IMG/VR virus record: IMGVR_UViG_3300027413_000005
Span: 56,249-76,248 of that record
DNA length: 20,000 nt
Strand: one strand, 5' to 3'
Source: an uncultured virus (IMG/VR IMGVR_UViG_3300027413_000005)
Lineage: Duplodnaviria > Heunggongvirae > Uroviricota > Caudoviricetes
Made by a program: the position numbers and the translations under genes. Shown piece by piece: positions 10,550-18,900 of the stretch. The notes under the pieces were generated by a model that was not told the DNA's origin, ran no database searches, and saw nothing but the letters and a program-made list of their open reading frames with translations. Position 1 is the stretch's first letter; the number at the start of each line of letters is the position of its first letter.

Positions 10550-13500
10550 ATGGCGACATGTCCTAATATAAATTTACCAGAGTGGAAAGAGCTGGTTGCT
10601 GCCCAAGGTAAAGCAAGAGCATACTTTCTATGGAATGAGTATAGTGGTGATGTTCCTGGACAGGAATACACTGGTGTAGCAGGTGTTGAATCTATTTCCC
10701 CTAAAGTAAAACAACTTATAGCTAAAATGGGTGTAGACATTCTAGACCTACAAACTTATGCAGAGCAAAATCCTGATATAGATATTAGTGGTGCTTATGC
10801 TATTGCAGATGCTGTTGGAAAGATGATTGCTATAAGTGAAGGGTCTACAGATGTAGAGGTGACAGAAGAGATAGTGCACATTGCCACTCAAATAATAGAA
10901 GAAAAGAATCCTGGTTTAGTTACAGAAATGATATCTAAAATAGGTAGATTTAAAATATATAAGGACACATTAAAACAGTATAGGAACATTCCAGCTTATC
11001 AATTAGAAGATGGAAGACCTAATATTAGAAAGATAAAAAAAGAAGCTGCAGATAAACTAATTACTCAATTAGTCTCTAGTAGTCTAACTGAAACCGAAAT
11101 CTCTGAAGAGTTGTTAGAAGAAGAGAATGCTTCTATATTTAGAAGAATTTGGAATGATATAACTGACTGGTTCAAAGGACAGTATGCAAAATCTAATTTA
11201 AATATATTTCAAACAGCAGCTGATCAAGTTGTTGAAGGGGTAGAGGGAAGTTTAATTGATGGTACACCTAGAGAGATATACTTTTCTGTAACAGATGCTC
11301 AAAAGAATATACAGAGAGAACTATTAGAAACTCAGAAAATTCTTAGAAGTGTTCCTGTGGTAAAAGAGAACTCTAATCCTTTACTAGGTGATGAGATAAG
11401 TAATGAATATGAATTGTATGTAGACGGTGAATGGAAAAAGAATCCAAAAAGAGTAACAGACCAAGTAAAAAAATACTATTTAGAAAAGTTTAAAAATAAA
11501 CCACCGTTTACCAAAGAAGAGGATAGAGATAATGAGTTTAAAAAACAACTTGGTATAGAGTTTCATGATTACTTTCAAGAGATTCATTCTAGATACTTTA
11601 ATGAAGATGGCACAAGAAGAGAAGTTTCTAAACCTCGTCCTGTAATAGAAGATTCTAAAAAGGCTGTAGTCTATGCAAAGTTAGAAACATACTATACAAA
11701 TCTTGTTGCAGAATATTCTAAAGATGGAAAGACTCCTCTCGTATTTTCTGAGATAAAAGTATATAATAAAAAAGAAAAGGAAGCTGGTACGATTGATCTT
11801 CTTATCATAGATGAAAATGGTAAGGCTAATATATATGATTGGAAGTTTATGAGTATGTCTAAAACAGCTGAAGATGTATCTAATTACAAACAAGGTGCAT
11901 TTGGTATACAGCTTAGGTCATACAAAAATATATTACAGCAAGACTACGGAGTTAAAGAGATAGGAAAAAATAGAGCTGTTCCTATTTCTCTTGAATTGAA
12001 AAGAGAAAACTTTCAAGACAGTAAGTCTCCTTTAACTTTTACTGGTATAGGTATAGGTAGTGTAAACCCTACTGAAATAGAACCACTCTACTATACCCCT
12101 GTATCAGAAAAATCAGAGAAAACAGGATTTGAAGAATTAGACGACCTTATATCTAAACTAAATGCTGTATACGGTCAGATAAGTAAAACAATACCCAATG
12201 ACGAACTGTCAAAAAACAGTAAGAAAAATAGACTTGGGATTCTTAAACAGGCAATACGTCAAGCTCAGGCTAATGAAAACATCACTCCTACTATAGATGC
12301 TTTAAGAGTAATACAAACTGAAGGAGAAAATATTATAGCTGAGTATAAAACTATATATGAAGGAAGACCTGCACAATCAACAGACTTCGAAAATTCACAA
12401 CTTTCAGACTTCTCTAATAGAATAGATAACTATAAAGAACAAGCAAGTGCATTCAGTAAAATAAATGAAGAACTGTCTCCAATACTTCAAGCTGCTCAAA
12501 GTATTTCTAAAGAAGATAAGGCACGCATTCAAATTGACATAGATGCAAAAGCTCGTATGTTAAATATAAATGTTTCTGAGATAGAAAAAATAAGTGGTGA
12601 ATTTATAGACAAGTTTGTAGGACTAAGAAATAATGAAACAGGACTATTAGAACCCCAAGCTTTATTGAGAGGGCTTAAGGCAAGGTTCCGAAGTTTATCA
12701 GAGTTACCTCTGCCTTCACTAAGGATACTATCTAGACTAGCTAGAATAGCACAGTCAAAAGGACAAACTAAGTCATTAGAAGATGTTAATAAACTTTTAG
12801 AAATTAGAGATAAGATTAAGGAAAAAGGTGGTAATTTATTAAATACTGTAAATCCCTTATATCAAAAAGATAAAAAAGGAAGATTAGTAAATAAACTTGT
12901 ATACAAATATTCTAAAGACTTCTATGACGCTGTTAAGGATAACGCTCAAGAAGGAAATAGAAGTAAAGCGTGGTTACAGGACAATGTAGACTTATCAGCA
13001 TATAAGTTAGAAGCTGATAAAATGATTCAGAAACAGTTAGCTAGCAATAAAGAAGGATATGAAGATGAAGAATTAAGAAAGGAACTTGATCTGAAAGCTA
13101 AACGCATGTATGATGTGACTAGAAATGACTTTACTGGATGGGATAACTACATAATAAAAAGACACCCTTTGTCTAAATGGGAGTCAGTTGAATATCTTAA
13201 TATTAAAAAAGATAAGGATCTACTTGAGTTATATAATTTTACTCAAAAAATGAATGACGAAGCTGAAAAGATGGGTTATCTTCAAGGAAAAATTGCTAGC
13301 ACATTCTTACCTTTTGTTCGTAAAGGAACAGCAGAATCTCTTTCCTGGGAAAATGGTTTAAGTGTTTTACAAAACTTTGGAAAATCATTAACCAGAAGAG
13401 CAGATGATATAGGATATGGATCTATAAATGAGATTACAGGTGAAACAGAAAATGGTATACCTAAATACTATACTAGTGATTTTAGTAGAACTGAAGACCC

Positions 13501-15415
13501 TGAAGTAAATGACATGACTGATGTATCATTAGAATTCTTTAAAAATCAAATACTTTATATTCAACAGATGAATAAGTATAAGTACATGAAGGAAATTGAA
13601 GGACAGATAAATCTAGTTAGAACTATAGTACAAGCAAAAGATCATTACAAAACTAGTCCTAATTCCAAAGTGATAAGTGAAGGGGGAGAACCTGTAGTTG
13701 AAAAAGGTAATAAAAACAATGCAAAGATTTTTGACTTGTTTATGGAAACAATTATGTATGATAACGCATTTCCAGATGATAGTGAAGATTTTGGTATACC
13801 TACTGGGAAAATAAGAAAAGGTATAAATAGTGTTTGGACGCAAATGACAGGTAAACCTTTGTTTAAAGAAGGTGAGAAAGGAACTAACTATTCTATTGTT
13901 AAGAGTATGCAAGTTTTAAATAATGCTTTTCAAATGAAAACATTAGGATTAGAACCTATCTCTGGTGCGGTAAGTCTTTTTGGTGCAAACATTCAAGTAG
14001 CAGCACAGTCAGGTAACTACTTTAATTTTAGAGAGTACGTTAAGAATGAATTAAAAGTTTTAGGAAACTGGAGTAGAAAAAAAAGTGGTGTAGAAACAAA
14101 ACAAATGAAAGTTTTTGAGCAACTAACTGACTTGTTTATGCCGCTTAAAGATAGTCCTATATATGAAAAGTTAAAGACGTCTGGTGTAAACCTATCTACA
14201 AGACTTGACATGGAAGCAGGTGATACATTGTTTGCATTTTTCAGACAACCAGAAATAGTCTTAGAAAAAGGATTGTTCATGACTCTTTTAGATAACACAA
14301 TGGTTATTGATGGAAAGCTAATAAACATACCTGAGTTTGTAAGAAATAAATATAAAAATAGATACAACAACGCTGAAACATTTAGTAACATTAAAGGTGA
14401 TATAGAATCTGAAATACAAGATCTTAAAAAGAATAAATCCATAACTAGCACTTCTAAACTAGGAGAGAATGGTAAAGTAGAAGTTCCAGGTTTAAATTTA
14501 AATGACAGGAAAGAATTACAACGTATTACAGACCTCACAAGAACTTTAGCTAGAAATGCTACAGGTGGCTTTACAGACTTTGATAGTATTAAAATGAACA
14601 TGAACATCTGGACTAAGTCTATGATGGTATTTAAAGGGTGGATACCTAAACTTGTAGACACAAGGTTTAGTGAGTTTAGAAAAGTGGGAGATGACTTTAA
14701 TGTAAGAGTTGATGAAAATGGAATTCTTACTGGAGAGAAATATGATATTGGTAGAATAAGACTGTTCGTTGGTAATTTTCTGTCAGTTAATATATTAAAA
14801 AGTATAAGAGAGCTTCGATCAATAGGAGCAGTGGGAGGTACTTTAAACGATGAAGGTTTAGAAAAGTTAGATAAGATGTTTGAATACTACTCTACTTTCT
14901 ATAAAGAAACTACTGGTAAACCTTTCAACATGTCTAGAGAAGATTTTATAGACATGGTTAGAACTAATACTAGAAAACAATTACAAGAACTTCTTTTGTT
15001 AGTAGGATTAAATCTAATGCTATTTGCAGTAGGGTTTATGGAACCAGACGAAGATGATAGAGCTTCAAAAAACTGGTTCTATTTTCAAGAGAAAACTCTT
15101 AGAAGATTTCAACAAGAGCTTATGTTCTTTTATAACCCCTCAGAGTGGAGTGCTACTCTTGAAGGTGGTCTTTTCCCTTCTCTTTCATTACTAAGTGAGA
15201 TGGAAAAATTCATTACCCAATCTACTAAAGAAATTACAGGATATGATTACAGTGATCCAAATAAATCTGAACAGGACGTAAGAAGAGATGCTGTTCCTGT
15301 AAAGTATTTTATGAAACTATTACCTGTAACTAAATCTTTAGTACAGTGGTTATCAATATTTGATATCGGCTTTGCTGAAGAAATGGATGTAACAATAAAT
15401 GCACGTCCAAGATAA
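10550..15415 (+). CDS. Large putative virion-ejected polyvalent protein (1621 aa): degenerate zincin-like domain, PD-(D/E)xK nuclease, helical region, C-terminal hydrophobic segment
   Basis: Long ORF starting 3 nt after the gene 1 stop. EEIVH at 10865-10879 with downstream KKEAADKLI and IFRRIWNDITDWF. Nuclease motifs GIEFH...SE...AGTIDLL...IYDWK...QLRSY (11552-11925). Hydrophobic LLLLVGLNLMLFAVGFM (14990-15040). Confidence 0.8.
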   Translation: MATCPNINLPEWKELVAAQGKARAYFLWNEYSGDVPGQEYTGVAGVESISPKVKQLIAKMGVDILDLQTYAEQNPDIDISGAYAIADAVGKMIAISEGSTDVEVTEEIVHIATQIIEEKNPGLVTEMISKIGRFKIYKDTLKQYRNIPAYQLEDGRPNIRKIKKEAADKLITQLVSSSLTETEISEELLEEENASIFRRIWNDITDWFKGQYAKSNLNIFQTAADQVVEGVEGSLIDGTPREIYFSVTDAQKNIQRELLETQKILRSVPVVKENSNPLLGDEISNEYELYVDGEWKKNPKRVTDQVKKYYLEKFKNKPPFTKEEDRDNEFKKQLGIEFHDYFQEIHSRYFNEDGTRREVSKPRPVIEDSKKAVVYAKLETYYTNLVAEYSKDGKTPLVFSEIKVYNKKEKEAGTIDLLIIDENGKANIYDWKFMSMSKTAEDVSNYKQGAFGIQLRSYKNILQQDYGVKEIGKNRAVPISLELKRENFQDSKSPLTFTGIGIGSVNPTEIEPLYYTPVSEKSEKTGFEELDDLISKLNAVYGQISKTIPNDELSKNSKKNRLGILKQAIRQAQANENITPTIDALRVIQTEGENIIAEYKTIYEGRPAQSTDFENSQLSDFSNRIDNYKEQASAFSKINEELSPILQAAQSISKEDKARIQIDIDAKARMLNINVSEIEKISGEFIDKFVGLRNNETGLLEPQALLRGLKARFRSLSELPLPSLRILSRLARIAQSKGQTKSLEDVNKLLEIRDKIKEKGGNLLNTVNPLYQKDKKGRLVNKLVYKYSKDFYDAVKDNAQEGNRSKAWLQDNVDLSAYKLEADKMIQKQLASNKEGYEDEELRKELDLKAKRMYDVTRNDFTGWDNYIIKRHPLSKWESVEYLNIKKDKDLLELYNFTQKMNDEAEKMGYLQGKIASTFLPFVRKGTAESLSWENGLSVLQNFGKSLTRRADDIGYGSINEITGETENGIPKYYTSDFSRTEDPEVNDMTDVSLEFFKNQILYIQQMNKYKYMKEIEGQINLVRTIVQAKDHYKTSPNSKVISEGGEPVVEKGNKNNAKIFDLFMETIMYDNAFPDDSEDFGIPTGKIRKGINSVWTQMTGKPLFKEGEKGTNYSIVKSMQVLNNAFQMKTLGLEPISGAVSLFGANIQVAAQSGNYFNFREYVKNELKVLGNWSRKKSGVETKQMKVFEQLTDLFMPLKDSPIYEKLKTSGVNLSTRLDMEAGDTLFAFFRQPEIVLEKGLFMTLLDNTMVIDGKLINIPEFVRNKYKNRYNNAETFSNIKGDIESEIQDLKKNKSITSTSKLGENGKVEVPGLNLNDRKELQRITDLTRTLARNATGGFTDFDSIKMNMNIWTKSMMVFKGWIPKLVDTRFSEFRKVGDDFNVRVDENGILTGEKYDIGRIRLFVGNFLSVNILKSIRELRSIGAVGGTLNDEGLEKLDKMFEYYSTFYKETTGKPFNMSREDFIDMVRTNTRKQLQELLLLVGLNLMLFAVGFMEPDEDDRASKNWFYFQEKTLRRFQQELMFFYNPSEWSATLEGGLFPSLSLLSEMEKFITQSTKEITGYDYSDPNKSEQDVRRDAVPVKYFMKLLPVTKSLVQWLSIFDIGFAEEMDVTINARPR
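11552..11935 (+). other. PD-(D/E)xK (RecB/Cas4-like, PDDEXK_1-type) nuclease domain in gene 2
   Basis: G-x3-H helix, E, GTID (11786-11797), DWK (11837-11845) and QLxxY in canonical order; catalytic D and D-x-K intact; no Cys, so no Fe-S cluster. Confidence 0.8.
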
Positions 15416-15428
15416 AATAAAAAACACG

Positions 15429-15463
15429 ATTGCTATATTACACTAAGTAATTTTAATAGCAAT
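15429..15463. other. Intergenic imperfect inverted repeat (possible terminator or regulatory hairpin)
   Basis: attgctat (15429-36) pairs with atagcaat (15456-63); attac (15437-41) pairs with gtaat (15447-51); 5-nt loop and 4-nt 3' bulge. AT-rich with no plus-strand U-tract. Confidence 0.35.
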
Positions 15464-15487
15464 AATTAAAAATTAAAAATAATAGCT

Positions 15488-15495
15488 TAAATTCG
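15488..15495 (+). promoter_or_regulatory. Possible Bacteroidota sigma70 -7 element variant (TAAATTCG versus consensus TAnnTTTG)
   Basis: One mismatch to consensus, in the only sizeable intergenic gap and 6 nt before ATG 15502. No clear TTTG -33 element. Confidence 0.3.
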
Positions 15496-15501
15496 TAAAT
15501 T

Positions 15502-15927
15502 ATGAGAACCGCTGAAACTTGCCCAACTTGCTCCACTTTTCAAGATGCTACATGTATCTTGTATACTGGGGTATATCTACCTAATATTGATGCTAATCCA
15601 GGAACTGATCTGAATATTATATTAGAAGGTATAAATACAAATCTAGTACCTTTAACAGGAACAGGAGCTCCTGACGCACCTTCTTCTAATCCTCCTACAA
15701 ATATAAATTCTCCTGCACCTTATGTGGGGCAGATTTATATTGATAATGCTTCAAGTTTGGTATACTATGCAGCCACTTCAGGAACTGCAGATGATTATGA
15801 CATACTTATAACAGCACCTAAAACAGGAGCACCTGAATACTCTAACAATGCTGCAGCTGTGTTTGCAGGATTATCTATAGGTCAGATATATAGAACAGGA
15901 GACTTTCTTAAAATAGTACATTTATAA
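15502..15927 (+). CDS. Small putative virion/tail-associated protein (141 aa)
   Basis: N-terminal CxxC...CILYTG..L module similar to the N-terminus of the next gene; GTGAP...GQIYID fibre-like motif; C-terminal YSNNAAAVFAGLSIGQIYRTGDFLKIV. Codon usage like neighbouring genes. Confidence 0.75.
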   Translation: MRTAETCPTCSTFQDATCILYTGVYLPNIDANPGTDLNIILEGINTNLVPLTGTGAPDAPSSNPPTNINSPAPYVGQIYIDNASSLVYYAATSGTADDYDILITAPKTGAPEYSNNAAAVFAGLSIGQIYRTGDFLKIVHL

Positions 15928-15942
15928 ATAACAACATTCCAG

Positions 15943-18900
15943 ATGAGTAAATTAATTTGTGTAGCGGATCCATGTCCAATCAGATTAAGTAGTGCCTGCG
16001 TATTTTACGAAGGACCTATCTTAGTTTGCGCTGGTGTCAATACAAACATGACTGTAGAGGAAGCTCTTCAGCATATAAACGATGCCTTGTGTTCAGGAGC
16101 TGGAGTAGATGGCACAAGTGGTTCTTCTGGTACTTCTGGTACTTCAGGTACAACTGGTACATCTGGAACGTCTGCTACATCTGGAACTTCAGGTACCACA
16201 GGAACTAGTGGAACATCTGGTTCAAGTGGAACATCTGCTACATCTGGTACATCTGGAACAACAGGTACAAGTGGTACAACTGGTACAAGTGGTACAACTG
16301 GTACTTCTGGTACAACTGGGACAAGTGGAACAACTGGGACAAGTGGAACCTCTGGTACCTCTGGTACCTCTGGTTCTAGTGGGTCAAGTGGAAGTAGTGG
16401 GTCTTCTGGTACAACAGGAACCAGTGGAACAACAGGTTCGTCAGGCAGTAGCGGTACAAGTGGAACAAGTGGAACCTCTGGTACCTCTGGTACTAGTGGA
16501 GATCAAGGAGATAAATATAAGACATGTATTACGGAAACATCATTTACATTAGGTAATACTGTAGATGAGTGTTTAACTGTAGATACTGGTCTTGCTTATA
16601 CTGCAGGTCAGTCTATTGTTATTGCTCATGATGTAAATAATTATCAAGAATGTGATGTTGTGTCGTATGATTCAACAACAGGAGTTTTATGTTTTACAGT
16701 ACCATTTAATGTTGTAGGTAGTGGAACATACACTACTTGGTGTTGTAATTTAGACGGTGCTACAGGTGGTGATGGATCACATGGTACAAGTGGAACTAGC
16801 GGCACAACTGGTAGTTCTGGAAGCTCAGGCACAACTGGGACTAGTGGTACAAGTGGTACAACAGGTACGAGTGGTACAACAGGTACAAGCGGTAGCTCTG
16901 GTACTAGTGGAACCTCTGGCTCAGCTGGTACGTCAGGTTCAGCTGGTACTAGTGGAACTACAGGAACATCAGGTACAACAGGGACTAGTGGAAGTTCTGG
17001 TACAACAGGAACTAGTGGAACCAGTGGTTCAGCTGGCACAAGTGGTACATCTGGAAGCAGTGGAACTACAGGAACTAGTGGTAGTGCAGGGTCGTCTGGT
17101 ACATCTGGCACATCTGGTACAAGTGGAACAACAGGAACCAGTGGAAGTACTGGTACTTCTGGAACAGCAGGAACTAGTGGTATTAATGGATCTTCTGGTG
17201 CATCAATAGCAAACTGGTATGCAATGTTTAGTGACAACACAACTCAAACCCTTGCAGCAGCAAATGTTCCAACAGCAGTTTTATTTAATACAATAGAATT
17301 ATCTAACGGTATAGCTTTAGATTTTGGTCAACAAATTAGATATCCATATGCAGGAGTATATGAAGTTGGATATTCTTTACAGTTTGAAAAAACAGCAGGA
17401 GTAGGTCATACAGAAATTGATGTGTGGTTACAGAAAAATGGTACAGACCTTGTAAGAAAAGATAGGATTCAATCCTTACATCACAATGATGCAATACATA
17501 CACCATATACACAATTTATAATAGAATTAGAAGCAGGTGACTATTTAGAAGTATATTTTGCTTCAAATAATGCTAACACTAGACTTGATGCATTTCCTAA
17601 TTCAATCACTCCTTTTCAAAAACCTGCAGCACCTTCAGCAATCTTTAATACTGTACAAGTAGGTATATCAGTAGGTATGACATCAGGCACTAGTGGTACT
17701 TCTGGTACCTCAGGGACAAGTGGTTCTTCTGGAACTAAAGGAACTTCTGGTACCTCTGGTAGCAGTGGTATAGATGGTACGTTTGGTACAAGTGGCACAA
17801 CTGGGACATCAGGTACTACTGGAACCTCTGGTACTTCAGGGACCTCTGGAACTTCTGGTAGTAGTGGTATAGATGGGACCTCTGGAACTAGTGGGTCAGC
17901 TGGTACAAGTGGTTCTTCTGCAACGTCAGGAACAAGAGGAACTAGTGGTACAAGTGGTACATCTGGAAATTCTGGTAGTTCAGGTACATCTGGATCAAGT
18001 GGTAACGCAGGTACTAGTGGTACAGCTGGAACCAGTGGGTCTAGTGGAGATGATGGAACAAGTGGTTCTAGTGGCACTGCAGGGTCTAGTGGGTCTAGTG
18101 GTGAAACAGGTAGCTCTGGAACAGCTGGTTCAAGTGGTACCAGTGGCACAACCGGTATAGACGGTACAAGTGGATCTAGTGGATCTAGTGGAGACACTGG
18201 AAGCTCAGGTACAAGTGGTACCTCAGGAAGTAGTGGATCTTCAGGAAACTCTGGTAGTTCAGGAACCAGTGGTACATCTGGCACGAGTGGATCTAGTGGT
18301 AATACTGGTTCTAGTGGAACTAGTGGTACTTCAGGAAGTTCTGGTACAGCAGGTACATCTGGAGCTGACGGTAGTTTTGGTGGTGCATGTTTCGATTATA
18401 CATTCTCAACTACTGTTCCTAATCCTGCAGCAAATCCTGGTACAGGAAAAGTTCAGTTAAATAATGCTACACAAACTTCAGCTACTAGATTATATATAAG
18501 TGAGTTTGATGATGATGGTAACAATATACAATCTTTCCTAGAAAGTATTGATGCATCTACATCTGCAATAAAAGGACACGTAAGATTAGCAGACAAAGAC
18601 GATTCACGTGACTTTATATTATTTGCAATAGATGAATTAACTGACAATGGATCTTGGTGGACATTAGTAGTAATAAATGAATCTCAAGGTGGTCTTCCTC
18701 TTACTAACTTTGAAGATATTACAGCATGTTTTGTATTAACAGGAGATAAAGGAGACCCAGGTGTGGATGGAACATCTGGATCCTCAGGGACTTCAGGTAC
18801 ATCTGGAAGTTCAGGTGATAGTGGAAGTAGTGGTACAAGTGGAACAGCTGGTACAAGTGGCACAAGTGCACAAAATGGAACATCTGGCACCTCTGGAACT

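Noticed and set aside
11552..11935. Cas4 or CRISPR-associated assignment of the nuclease
   Set aside because: It lacks the four Fe-S Cys residues, no cas genes or array are present, and it is a domain of a much larger protein.
2305..14661. Short minus-strand ORFs inside genes 1 and 2 (2305, 4591, 6452, 7756, 10423, 11681, 13613, 14017)
   Set aside because: They overlap long motif-bearing sense genes, show antisense-type composition and have no recognisable motifs.
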